Positions 10,742-22,658 of a stretch of 64,000 bases of DNA are shown here, in pieces; the stretch's first letter is position 1, and every line of letters starts with the position of its first letter. Position numbers and translations under genes: made by a program. The stretch spans positions 23,285 to 87,284 of the forward strand of contig CALSCP010002643.1 in the NCBI GenBank assembly GCA_943704425.1, read 5' to 3'. The DNA comes from Ministeria vibrans ATCC 50519. Taxonomy: Eukaryota; Protista; Filasterea. Under the pieces are notes generated by a model. It made no database searches. It saw only the letters and a list, made by a program, of their open reading frames with translations, and was not told where the DNA came from.

Positions 10742-13700
10742 TTAAAAAACGTGGAGCTTTGAGCGCGGGACATTGTGCAGATCGTGGTCCATTGTGAGGA
10801 CCACGAGGGCCGAGAAGAAGAGCCCGATGGCCGACAGGAAGTGCCATACGTCGTGCTCGTCGTAGAAGTCAAACATGACACAGTTTTGATTGCCTTGGCG
10901 ACTAAACGAGAGAGGGTATGTGTGTGGTGTGTGTGGTAAGACAAATTGCATTTTCAACTTCAAGACAAATTGCATTTTCAACTTACCTGACTTCGGGAGA
11001 AAGGTTTGTGTTTGTGAGACCTAGCGTAGAAAATGAGTGTGGAAAAAAATGGGTGTGTAAGGGAGGGGGAAGACAGACAGAAAGAGAGAAGAAGAAAGCA
11101 ACAAGAGTAGTGGGATACCTCTTGTAAAGAAGTAGAGAGAGGGAATCCAAAAGGCAATGGCCAGCAAACACCAGAGAATGGTCAGCCGGTCAATACGCTC
11201 CGAATGGATAAGTTTCATCGTAAGGTAGTAGGTGAGGTAGCACATGAGATTGACGAGAAGTACAGCGAGAAGGAAGGAAGGGAAATCGGGACGCACGACA
11301 AGACCAAAAATGATGACGGAGCCATTGAGGATTTGAAGGAGCACGAGAAACGTAAAGCGGGCGGTGTTCTGGGGGCGACGGGCGTGCAGAAGCCGGTGTA
11401 GGAGACGCGCAGGGAGGCCCTGAGAGAGTGGGGGAGGGGAGAGACAAGTCAGTGGTAGAGTGGAGAGTTCGCGTGCGCGTATGATTGCGTGTCTTTTTTT
11501 TTTTTTTTTTTTTGTGTGTGTGGGTGAGTGGGTGGAGTACGATAAAATGAGTGCGTGTGTGAGTGCATGAATGAATCAGAGTGAATTGCCAAAGCTCAAA
11601 TCATACTCGATCGAAGGACCAGGTGCCAAAGTAGTAGAGCTGAGCAGAGCAGATGAGAAGAATGACATAGGCAACAGCACACATGATCAGCCAAAAGGCC
11701 AAAGTGGCGTCGTACACACCAATGACATTGACAAAGATGACGGCTGCGAGAAACCCATAGACTTGCGAGGGGTTTCCTTGCAGGTCGGCATGTCGTTTGT
11801 GGTAGATGCTGACAAGCATAAGCACCGCAATGATGTACATGAAGGACGTGTCGAACTGAAACACCACGGCAGCAGGACACACATGGAAGCAGCCCGAGAA
11901 CACCCCCTCACACACAATGGCAAACCCAATCGCATAGTGCATTCCGTAGTGTGGTGGTAGCCCACACTCATCCGCCGGTCCATTCAGCCCATTCCGTGTG
12001 CGGTATTCCCTCACAAGCTCCTTCTGCTGCTCGTACCGTCGCTGGTAAAAGTACACTGTCCCCATAAACAGTGACCCCAAAATGCAATACCTGAAAAAAC
12101 GTTTGTTCAATAATTATTATTATTATTTTTCTCACACTGTTCCTTTCTTTTCTCTTTGTTTCTTTCTGTTCTCTTTGTTTCTTTCTTTTCTCTTTGTTTC
12201 TTTCTTTTCTCTTTGTTTCTTTCTTTTCACGTTATTTCTTTCTTTTCTCTTTGTTTCTTTCTTTTCTCTTTGTTTCTTTCTTTTCTCTTTCTTTCTTTTC
12301 TCTTTGTTTCTTTCCTTTTCTCTCTTTCTTTTCTCTTCTTTCTTTTCTCTTTTTGTTTTTTCTTTTCTCTCGCTTTCTTTCTTTCTTCTCTCTCTCTATC
12401 ACTTTCTCTCTCTCTCTCTCTCTCTTTCCTATGTACCCAATGTTTGAGAAGACGTTGTTAAAATGGTATAGAATGCCCAATGGACGAGTGCAGTAGAAGT
12501 TGTAGAAGCAAATGTTCTCATTGCCACTCTGGGAGAAGAGCTACACCAAGAGAAAAAGAAAGAAAAGAAGTAATAGAGAGAGAACAAAATGATGAAAAAA
12601 GAACAAAGTAGAAGACGTGTGAGACGTAAAACAAAAAAAAAAACAAATGTACCTTTTGGTAACCAATGACAAACTGAATGACTGGGAGAAAGTAGAACAT
12701 GGAAAGAATAACGAGATAGGTGACATAACGTTTGAGACGCTTCTCCTGAAAGAGCACTTCCTTTTGGGTGAGCTGACTGACAGTGAGAGTTGCACGGCGA
12801 CGGACAATTTGGGGGTCAGCGAGTTCAGCTTCAGAGAGGATCACGAGCTCGTCGTCGACGTGGCTTGTGGTGGGTGTGTTGATAGGTGATGAGGGTGATG
12901 CGTCTTCGGAGAGTGTCGTAGTAGAAGGTGGGGGGTGGGAGTGAGAAGAGTCGAGGAGACGCGATGCTTCGGTGGCTGTGTTGTTTTTGGTGGTCGAGGC
13001 CATTTTGTTGCCGTGGGCAAGGAGGTCTGCGGCGGCAATGACACGGCCGCTGTTGTCGTCGGTGGTGACGTATAGGGTGGTACGCTCGGTGAGATGTGCG
13101 CGCGCCAGAAGGATGACGATGAGGAAGACAAAAGCAAAGCCGGTAAAGATGAAGAAGGTGCCAAGGATGGGGCCCCAGTATTCGCTGCTGGCCATGGTGG
13201 ACTGGATGGTCACACGGAAGCTCTTGGTGATGGTGCAGTCGGTCTGGTCGGGCGACACGACAACTCCCAGGAACCATTTGCCTTCATTGAGTTGATCGGT
13301 GCTCAGGTAGAAGGCGGCCTTGGTGGTCATGGTTTGAAAGCGACCCTCGACAAAGCTGCCCTGACTCTGCTGGAAGGTCGGGCAGTTGGCAAGATGAATG
13401 GCCACGACTGCCTTGGTGTTGGGATCGTCCGACTCGATTCGCACTTCGATGGGCAAGTCGTGGGTTTCAATGCCACTCGTGGGGTCGACGGAGACGTTAA
13501 AAAAGTAGTAGGCGGGGGAGCTGGGACTGCTCACGAGTGTTTTGGTTTCCCCCACACGAATCATGACATCTTCGAGCGTCGCGTACACCTGATAGTCAGT
13601 GGGCGTGCTCGCCTTGACAGCAAGCGAAACACTTTCGTCTTGGTTGATGTCGGCAGCAAAGCAGACGGTCTGCGTGACGTTGGCGTAGGCGCACTGCGGC

Positions 13701-14166
13701 GCAGTCTGATCGTCAGTGCTGTAGCGAAACGGAAGGGCCGTTGCGTCGACTGCCGCCTGCTGCGTGAAGATGAACAGCACCGGGTTGGACAGGGAGGCCG
13801 TGGGCGCTGCCACGCTGATCTTGGGGTACTGCAATTGCGAGAGGAGAGAGGAGAAAGAGAGAGAAGTGATATGAAACGAGACTCAGTGGGATTTTTTCGT
13901 CTCTTCTCGTTTTTTTTTTTTTCCTGTATGTGTCTGTATGTGTGTGTGCTTATAGAGAGTATATGATGAGAATTGAGAGGGGTGGGTTTGGCGTGCAGGG
14001 CCGGGGATGGCGGCATGCTTACGACGGATGGAGCGGACAGCGACGTGTTAAAGGTGTACTCTTGGAACCCGCCTGGCTCTGCCGTTCCACTGATCATCTG
14101 GTTGTACGGCGCGTCATTGGCGTAGCACGCCGTCGCAAGTAGCGCCAGTGTGGTGGCGAAGATCAT
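10742..14166 (-). CDS. SIDT: SID-1 family transmembrane protein (SIDT1/2, CHUP-1-like), multi-exon
   Basis: Signal peptide and extracellular domain; [10 protein letters not shown]; [22 protein letters not shown]; [17 protein letters not shown]; [21 protein letters not shown]. Confidence 0.93.
12140..12425. repeat. Intronic pyrimidine-rich tandem repeat (~19-bp CTTTCTTTTCTCTTTGTTT)
   Basis: Visible tandem units inside a SIDT intron. Confidence 0.8.
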
Positions 14167-14586
14167 GAATATGAATAAAAAATTAGAAAAAAATTAGAAT
14201 ATCTCCTTCAATCCAATAACTGAACAGTTCTTACTTCTTAATAGCTAATATTACTTATTAGTACGTATAACTTATTGAAGCGACGTTTATTTAAGTCGCA
14301 TAATGCATATCTAGTAGTGTCTTGACTCTTGAGACTACCAACTTGAGAGACTACCAACTAGCTACTTAGAGACTACTAGTAAAATTATTCACTGATATAT
14401 TTTTAGACTATTGTCGTAGACTACAGACTACTAACCCCCAAGTAGTCCAACTATAGTTAATAATAGTTTAATTAGTTTTGGACACCTTTAGTCACTCAGC
14501 TGATCAAGATTTGGATCTCAGAGTACTCTGAGACACATTGAACATTCACAATTTCACACACATTTTTCAAAAAAAACAACAAAACA

Positions 14587-15327
14587 ATGCTGCCTGCTGA
14601 ACCCCTGTGGTGCTCACCTTGCCGGAAGATACGGGTGAACCGGTGTCTGGAACACTTTGTGCTGCAGAGCTGCGGCTGTGGCGACGTTGGCCAAGTGGAA
14701 AGTGCCCTTGTCCACAAAGCGTGCTGCTCTCGCTCGCCACGCACCGCAGCCCTGTGCTTTGGCGACGTCTCCCTTGCCTCTCCGTCCGCCTTTGTCGCCA
14801 GCAACGCCGACAGTGACTCGACGACAAAACAGAAATTTGAAAATGCCGGCATTCTTGCACGGCTTCCCACGGAGCTTATCGTAGCGATTCTCATGCAGCT
14901 GCCCTCCGGCATCGATGTTGTGCGCTTTTCGGAGACCTCTCGGCGCATGAATGCCGTGGTGCGGCTGCACGGCGAAGTCATCTTCGCGCCCATTTGCCGG
15001 CGACGCGGTCTCTGGCCTGCGCCCTCCAGCGCGCCTTCGCTCGTGCGCCTCCCGTCGTCGTGGGTTGCGCTCTACAAGAGACAGTTCAGGAGACAGCAAA
15101 AGTTCCGCTTTGCGGGCATGCTCAAGGGCACATCGGCCGCAAACGCACCGCACAACGAAAACGACCGGGCACACGACAATGCACAGGCCAGCGCAGACAA
15201 CCACGACACCGACAACGCAGACAGCAACGACAGCGACGATGACATGCTTCTCGACAACCTTGGCCAGGCGGTTCCTATGATACCCATTGACTGGGCAGCC
15301 ATGTTAGAGGATGAGTGGTCTATGTAA
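14587..15327 (+). CDS. F-box protein
   Basis: LARLPTELIVAILMQLP..DVVRFSETSRRMNAVV..IFAPICRR, then SWVALYKRQ; acidic C-terminus. Confidence 0.8.
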   Translation: MLPAEPLWCSPCRKIRVNRCLEHFVLQSCGCGDVGQVESALVHKACCSRSPRTAALCFGDVSLASPSAFVASNADSDSTTKQKFENAGILARLPTELIVAILMQLPSGIDVVRFSETSRRMNAVVRLHGEVIFAPICRRRGLWPAPSSAPSLVRLPSSWVALYKRQFRRQQKFRFAGMLKGTSAANAPHNENDRAHDNAQASADNHDTDNADSNDSDDDMLLDNLGQAVPMIPIDWAAMLEDEWSM

Positions 15328-15449
15328 CTTTTTAACTTTTGAGATTTTTCGATCAGAATTCAGATTTTGTTCATTCACCGTTCACGTTTCACTCACCCAG
15401 TGAGGCTACCCGTCCAACCCAACCGCAGACCCTCCTCTCGTTTGCTGCG

Positions 15450-16102
15450 ATGCCGCACCGCAAGCCCGGCCTGGGTCGTTTTGTGTACCGCCATCCCCAA
15501 GTCCGAAACATGAGCTGTACGCAGGAGTTCATGAAGGTCATCGACTGCTATTCCCGCTGCGGTGTTCAAGATGTGCAGTGTCGGCCCGTCATGCGAGAAC
15601 TCAATGCTTGCATCAGAACAGTATGCTCTTTTTTTTTTTTTTTCTCTTTCTGCTCTCCCCTCTCCTCTCCTCCCTTCTCTATTGGGCGTTCGTTGCACTG
15701 AAGACGCACTCGCTTGAAGTGTGCATGCATTTATCGCACAGGCAAAGCCGATGCTTTGCGTGGCCCTGCGACAGTGCGAAAATGATGAACGCCAACTCTT
15801 CATTTGTCCTTCCCCTCTCTCTCTCCTCTGTGTGCTGTCGTTCCCTCTGAATGCATGCGCGTGTGCTCTGTTTGTGTGTTTGTGTGTGCATTTGAGGCTC
15901 TGCCCGGTGAGAGAGAGCGAGAGGAAAGCTGATATGACTCGTTCTCTCTTCTTGGGACTCACTCTCTGTCTTATTACTTCTTGGTGTCTTTTCTCCTTCT
16001 GTCGCTCTGTCTCACTAAAGACTATTCTTGTTTTAGGCCAGAAAGGGCAATCCGCGCCTTCCAAAGCTCCTCAACGTCGCAATGAACGCTCCGCCCAAAT
16101 GA
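15450..16102 (+). CDS. Twin CX9C (CHCH) protein, mitoribosomal mS37/Mrp10/CHCHD1-like, 2 exons (15450-15620, 16037-16102)
   Basis: Basic N-terminus followed by CTQEFMKVIDC and CRPVMRELNAC; phase-0 GT-AG intron gives a 78-aa product. Confidence 0.7.
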
Positions 16103-16549
16103 GCAAGTGTGCCTGTACACCTCTCTCTATGGGGGGTGTTGTATTACCCTACTGTACCATTAAACCAAATCGCTTACACCAACCCTCATCAGTATTCAGT
16201 TGCCGACTAAGCTACCCAGCTTGGTTTGATCTCTCGGGAGTCGGAAGAGCGACATGCAGATCATCAATGACATAGTCACCACACGAAGACTCAGAAGAGA
16301 GCTTCAGAGTGTCAGACCGATTACCAAGCGAACTCAACATGGGAGAACGGTGGCAGGCCAGAGCCCAAAAGGCAGAAACGATTAATAGTACCAATGAGGC
16401 ATTATTGAGGTTGTGGCACTGGGCTGTTGTGAGCTGTTTGTCTGTTCAATAACTTCCCTCATAGGATTAGAGATGTCATTCGTGATTCGAGATTGAAATT
16501 TTGATCACAACACATTTTTTCTCAGAAAAGTATAGTATAGCATAAAACA

Positions 16550-18788
16550 ATGGCCTCCACATCCGACGACGTGTCCGAGAAGGTTGCTGCCTCCACCTCG
16601 ATCGACAACGACTCAGTCATGACCAAATACACTGTTGCTTGTGACATTGCCAACAGTACGACGACCCTGCACCCGCCCCCCGTCGTCGTGTGTCGCTCCT
16701 TGCCGGCTCCCCTGCCCCTCCCTCCTGCCTGCAGGCGAAGATGGGTGCCGTGTGTGAGTGGTTTTGACACTCTCTTCCCTTTTGCGTCGTTTTCTCATTG
16801 ATGCGCCGTCGTCCTGCCCCGTTGTCCCTCCCCTGTCATTTGACATGCGTGTCTCATCTGCTCTGTGCTTCAACCGGCTTGCGTCGTGTCCCCTATCCAT
16901 TTTTTCGCCCGTCGTTTTTGCTCATTTCGCGTGCGCCTTTTTTTTTTTTTTTTGCCTTCCCACCATTTTTTCTCCTTTCAACGGGGCACTGTGTGTATCG
17001 CCGTGATGGCGCCAGCACGTGCCACCGGCACTGCTGCAGTTGCGCAGTGTCCCCTGCATTGCGCAACTCGATCCTTTTTTTAATCTGTGTCTGAAACACT
17101 TTGTGTGACAGATGTCCTTGAACAGGTCTGTGCCAAGGCTGTTGAGGGCGCGCTTGTCACTGAGCTGTGTGGGCTTGGCGACCGTCTTATCGTCGAGCAG
17201 ACAGCGGCCATGTTCAACAAGAAGAAGAAGGAGGAGGGAGACAAGAAGACGCACACGATGAAGAAGGGTCAGTCACACTATATATTCTATGTGTCTCGTT
17301 TCTCATTCTGTCTCTCTCTCTCTCTCTTTTGTAGGAATTGCATTCCCCACGTGTGTCTCGGTCAACAACATTGTGTGCCACAACTCTCCAGTTGACTCTG
17401 ATCCGGCGCAGACGCTCAAGACGGGCGATGTGGTCAAGATGTACGACGTGTTGTGCATGTTGAATAGGTGTGTTTTGGCTGATTTGATTTGTCTTTTTGG
17501 TATAGTGACCTTGGAGCGCACATTGACGGGTACATTGGTGAAGTGGCGACCACGTTGGTGGTGGGAGCGACAGCAGAGGCGCCCACGACGGGCCGTGCGG
17601 CCGATGCGATGGCTGCAGCGTACCACGCCAGCGAACTGGCAACGCGTCTGTTTGCCAAGGGCAACAAGACGTACGACGTGACGGACGGCATCCAGAAGAT
17701 TGCCGAGGCATTTGACTGCAAGCCGATTGAGGGCATGCAGAGCCACCAGCTCGAGCGCAACAACGTCGCCGGCGCCAAGATGGTCATCCTCAACCCCAAC
17801 GACCAGCAGCGCAAGGAGACCAAGAGCGCCGTGTTCGAGGCAAACGAGGTCTACTGCGTCGATATTCTCGTCAGCACTGGAAACGGAAAGGTACTAAAAT
17901 ATTTTTTGTTTCACTCTCGATCACCTTCACTTTGTTTCTTTCTCAAGCCTTTCTTTTTTTCATTTCTTTCTTTTGAGAGTGAACCTTTTCTTAATTTAAA
18001 ACACAACCTCCCCTATTATTATTAATTATCATTTTTTTTTTTTTTTTTTTTGTTCCTCCCTCTCACTACCTCTTTTTTCCCTTTTTTTTCTTGTTCCTCC
18101 CTCTCACTACCTCTTTTTTCCTATTTTTCTTTCTTTTTCCTCCCTCTCACTGACTTTTCTCTTCCTCCTCTCACTATCACTTCTTTCTTTCTCTGTGCTT
18201 TAGGCCAAGATTGGGTCTTCCAAGTGCAATGTGTACCGTCGCACTGAGAAGACGTACCAGCTCAAGGTGCAGGCGGCGCGCAAGCTGTTTGCCGACGTCA
18301 CCGCCAACCACGGCCCAATGCCCTTCTCTCTTCGGTACTCCACACATTTTGTATAGTTGTTTTAATGATATCTCATTTCCATTGTTCTCTTTTGGCTCGC
18401 AGTTCGTTCAGTGAAGTGGCACGCACTCGCTTTGCCATCACGGAGCTGCTCCAAAACGACCTTCTGGAGCAGATGCACGTGTACGAGGAGCCCGAGAGCG
18501 AAGTGGTCGCGCAGTACAAGTTTGTCGTCATGATCACAGCCAATGGGCCCAAGCGTGCGTCCGACCCCAAGGCCAACCCGGCCCTCTTTGTGTCCGAGAA
18601 GAAGATTGAGGACCAGGCGATTCTCGGTACAAATGAGACAGACCCATTGAATGTAGCTTTGCTCACACAACACTTGCTACGTAGACATTCTGAACAAGTC
18701 CATCTCGAAGAAGGCCAACAAGAAGCGCAAGAAGGCCGCCGCCGCAGCAGCAGCCACCACTGAGGAGGAGGCGCCCAAGGCCGAGTAG
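16550..18788 (+). CDS. PA2G4: Proliferation-associated 2G4 / EBP1 (inactive M24 peptidase fold), multi-exon
   Basis: VMTKY..DIAN; [19 protein letters not shown]; [10 protein letters not shown]; [13 protein letters not shown]; [16 protein letters not shown]; VAQYKF; Lys-rich C-terminus. Confidence 0.95.
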
Positions 18789-19319
18789 ATGTAGTCGAGT
18801 ACACACCCCCACACATACACACACAGTTTCCGCGGAGTACGTTCCAAGTGCATTCATAAAACAGACTCTCTTCTGCACTTTTCAAGTTTCAAGTAGTATA
18901 TCCATGGGAAGTGAAAAAAGGGTTTAAAGAAAGCATACAAGTGGTGAGTGCCCCATACTATTGTGGCGCTCCATTTTGGCTTACCAACAGTTTGGCAGTA
19001 AAGCGCACAAATTTACATTCCAGTGTTTCAAACAGTCTGTTTGCCGAATCAAACCGGCCCAAGATGTGCGGTCGAAGTGTGAACACAAGTCCCGATTACA
19101 TCATGAGAGCGTTCGAGGAAGACACCCACTGGTGTTAGAAACGGTCCACTTTGGCAAACTCGAATGCTCTGGAGAAAAGATTAAAGATTGTGATGAAATG
19201 GCAAGATGCAAAAAAAATTAATGGTGTACCTTCTTCTCGGTAAAATTGGGCCATTTCACTTGTGGGCCATTGAGAAAAACGTGTTTGCTCGAGACCTCTG
19301 TCCTTGGTGGCCATCGCTC

Positions 19320-20252
19320 TTATCTCTTCCTTTTGCGTGTGCCTCTACCCCGGACACTCGCTGAGGTTGTGGTGGGCGCGCCGACGCCACTGCGGTCGGC
19401 CTTCTGCTGCGTGTGCACTGGATTGAGACGACCCTCTTCGAGTACGCCAATGCCTGCGTGGGGTGTCCAACCTGAGCGCACTAGAAGCGCAAAGGGTCGT
19501 GTACCCGGTCGTAATGATGTTCCATAGGCAGGCGTACGCATTGGTGCGGCAGCCGTCTTAAAGACGTGCCCAATAGAGCAGTGGTGGACCGAGACGGCGT
19601 CGGCGCGCATCCACACATTGCACTCGTCACAGCGAACATCCCCGGGCGCCCGCTGACGACTACTCACACCATCCAGTAGCAAATCGTCGTTGTCTTCGTC
19701 CTCCTCTTCTCTGTCCAGTGCGGCCGCCGCCGCCGCCGCATCTCGCTCGGCATCGCGCAACACCTTTGCAATGTTGGGCCACCCACGCTTCTCGGCTAAT
19801 TCGGCTGCACTCGGCAGATCGCGCTCGTCCGCAACCACGCCACGACTCAATAATCCAATAATGACATTCTGGTGACCAGCGGCCGCGGCGGTCTGGAGCG
19901 GCGTCCAGCCGTACGCGTCACGAAGCGACGCAACGGCAACGTTTGTGTGGACGTCGCACAGTTCGTCGAGCACTCGTCGGTTGCCAGTGTCGCACGCCCG
20001 AAACACACTGTCCACCGTGAGTGGCAGTTGATTCGCCGTCTTTGCGGTGGGTACGCGCACGAGCACGGGACGAGCGACGCGCACAGGGACACTTTCAACA
20101 TGCGCAGTCGACGCAACGGCAGTGCTGTTTGCGCCGCCGTCCGTCACAATGCTCATGTACTCGCGAGAAACTGTGTCTCCGTCGACACAGGACAATGCCT
20201 GATGCGCAGGTGGTGGGGCGTCCTCGTGGGCGCCCAGAACGAACCGGTCCAT
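19320..20252 (-). CDS. GPANK1: G-patch and ankyrin repeat protein
   Basis: Ankyrin RDAYGWTPLQTAAAAG; zinc finger CDEC..HHCSIGH; G-patch PFALLVRSGWTPHAGIG..EEGRLNPV..KADRSGVG. Confidence 0.88.
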   Translation of the reverse strand: MDRFVLGAHEDAPPPAHQALSCVDGDTVSREYMSIVTDGGANSTAVASTAHVESVPVRVARPVLVRVPTAKTANQLPLTVDSVFRACDTGNRRVLDELCDVHTNVAVASLRDAYGWTPLQTAAAAGHQNVIIGLLSRGVVADERDLPSAAELAEKRGWPNIAKVLRDAERDAAAAAAALDREEEDEDNDDLLLDGVSSRQRAPGDVRCDECNVWMRADAVSVHHCSIGHVFKTAAAPMRTPAYGTSLRPGTRPFALLVRSGWTPHAGIGVLEEGRLNPVHTQQKADRSGVGAPTTTSASVRGRGTRKRKR

Positions 20253-20619
20253 CAAAAAAACGAAAAAAACTGAAAGGTGTGCCTTTCTCTGACGGATCAA
20301 GCACGTCAATCCAGACAACAAAAGTATACGTACACTCACTATTCGGTGAGCTAATTGCAAATGTTTGCGTTTGCTAGTATGGCACGCTATTATTCGCTAT
20401 ATTCTCAGTGGGGCAGAATTTGGGGACTTGGCTTTGACAACACGACTGACGGGATGAAACAATGCGGATAAAAAGGAGATAAAAATATACATAATTAAAC
20501 GGTGAATCGTTGTTCATTGCTGATTCGTTGTTGACACTTGGCATTTGGCAATAAACTGTGGTCAGTGTTGTGGCTCTACTGATGTGGTTCGAACGAAGGT
20601 GCTCGGGAATCTGACTCAC

Positions 20620-21132
20620 AAAAAAATTGCAATTTTCGTTACAGTCACCCAGAGCGGAGGGGGGGGAAGTCCCCAGCCAGAACTACAACAAAAAAAAGAA
20701 GTGCAATCCCTATCCCCTGAGGTGATCGCAATGGTACGCCATACCCCCAGTGAGGCCTTATGGTTCTGACATGTTGTAACAGTTGTCTCACGGGCGAATC
20801 GATGAAAAGATTAGCAGAAGAAGATCAATTAATTCGTGATGGTTGAGTAGGTACATGTAGCACTTTGCGGAGAATCCGTATCAATGCCAACAAAAAGATC
20901 GCAGAAAGCCCCCTGCTTTTGTGCAGGGGTATCTACACTCTGTCGCGCTTGCAATCGTCGTCGGTCTAAACTTAAGACAGACGATATTGCTCGCAGACAC
21001 CCTCAAAGTGGAAAATTGAACACCAACCGAAAACGCGGTGATGATAGAAACCAATCTTTTGAAGGGGAGAGTCATGATCGACAGTCTAAAAAACAAAAGA
21101 CTGGCCTCGTTAAAGGACAACGAGGAAGATGA
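20620..21132 (+). pseudogene. Degenerate Cys-rich (RING-like?) coding remnant
   Basis: Stop-interrupted frame leading into ..LCGESV..PCFCAGVSTLCRAC..; no intact gene model. Confidence 0.25.
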
Positions 21133-21691
21133 TTATATATAATTATATGACATCAAATAAGATGATTGGTGTTGAGCTGAGCTCAACACTACATCAAACC
21201 CCAACGCGAATAGGCAGGACGCGCACTTGTATTCAGTTACAGGTGATGGGCTTTTATAATATTATTATAATAATAATAATAAAAATAAAATAAAACAAAA
21301 ATAAATTGTTTTTTTTTTGCACTTTTTTGCACTTTTTAAAAATCCAACTTTCGACCCCCAGGGTGACTTTTATTCTTGAATCTGGTTTTCGGCTTTGGCT
21401 TTTGCTGCAGTAGTAGAGGCGCTTGGAATGGGTAAGTAGATGTCTTTGGTACATACAATGTAAAATAATAGAAGTAGAACTACAGCTCCTCTTTACCATT
21501 ATTTTCACCACCACCAACATTTTTCTTAGCTGCATCACTCCGCTGTGCCTACTCGTTATGTTATATAGAAACAACACTTGTTTTAATTTCGAAACTAGCT
21601 AGGCGTGCTCGTTGGTCTTTCATGTCCACGGGTTCTTTTTTTTCTTCTTTTTTATTATTCCTCCGCTCGCGACGCTGTCCGTCTTCTTTCC

Positions 21692-21745
21692 TTTTTTTTT
21701 TTTGGAAGTCCCTAGGGCAAAAGCTTCATTGTACAAGACAGTCTA
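21692..21745 (-). mobile_element. Short poly(A)-tailed retroposon, 5'-truncated copy A
   Basis: (T)n-GGAAGTCCCTAGGGCAAAAGCTTCATTGTACAAGACAGTCTA flanked by 10-bp TSD TCTTCTTTCC (21682-21691, 21746-21755). Confidence 0.85.
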
Positions 21746-22030
21746 TCTTCTTTCCAAGTATACGTACATATATGGAGTTTTCCTCTTGTTTTTTCACTCC
21801 CGATCCACACCGCTCCGCCTCCGTCTTTATTCCGCCTTTTATAAAGACTAAGCTAGAACGTACTGGCATTGGCCGTCTGTTTGGAGAAGCTCACGGCGGA
21901 CCTTGAGCGGCGTTTGTGGAGGGAGCGGGGCCAACACAGATCGCAAGGTAAGGTGATCAGATCAGCCTATGCGACCGCGAGTGGTGCGCGGCGGTGAGTC
22001 GTGGGCTTTCCCCGACAAAGCGAAGATTTC

Positions 22031-22080
22031 GATTGTCTTGTACAACGAAGCTTTTGCCCTAGGGACTTCCAGCCAAAAAA
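22031..22080 (+). mobile_element. Same retroposon, 5'-truncated copy B
   Basis: GATTGTCTTGTACAACGAAGCTTTTGCCCTAGGGACTTCC plus A tail; 8-bp TSD AAGATTTC (22023-22030, 22081-22088). Confidence 0.85.
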
Positions 22081-22274
22081 AAGATTTCTAGTCAGGCTGT
22101 TGTGTGATATTCTACCGGCAGCGAACGTACAACACAAGAGGGGCCTTGCACAGTCGACAGCAAGCATGCTTATACGTATGGTGCGACATTTTTAATTAAA
22201 CGTTCAGGCAACCTTTCATGTATACCAAGCCAACATTCTTTAAGACTCTCAGACGATAGTACAAAACTGCGTGT

Positions 22275-22549
22275 GTTACCTTTTTCTTTCTTTTCTTTCT
22301 TTCTCTCCTTTTCCCCTTTTTGCATTTTCCTTCTTCCCTTTTTCTTCTCCCTTTTTCATGCGAGATGCTTAGTTTAAAATCAGGAGGCGTTTTCAGCTGC
22401 TGAGCGGTTTACTTGCTTGGGTGAATGGCTTTGCATGCAAGTCTCTCGGAATGTCCGCTTCGGCCCATGCGGGGGTGAAGCAGCCGCTTCGGATGGCTAG
22501 ATTGTCTTGTACAATGAAGCTTTTGCCCTAGGACTTCCAAAAAAAAAAA
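22275..22549 (+). mobile_element. Same retroposon, longest copy C (~275 bp)
   Basis: Pyrimidine-rich 5' part, ~155-bp core and poly(A); 14-bp TSD ACAAAACTGCGTGT (22261-22274, 22550-22563). The empty site is present at 23526-23539. Confidence 0.92.
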
Positions 22550-22658
22550 ACAAAACTGCGTGTCAATAGCAACCCTGTACGCCCAAGAAGACCCAAGACA
22601 CCCATCTCTCTCACCCTCCAGCCCACACTTAGGCTGTTGGGTAAGAGTTCTACAAGTT

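Noticed and set aside
15698-15781. Hammerhead ribozyme (CTGAAGA...GAAA with a stem II)
   Set aside because: No stem I or properly placed UH cleavage site can be formed, and a competing fold pairs the core.
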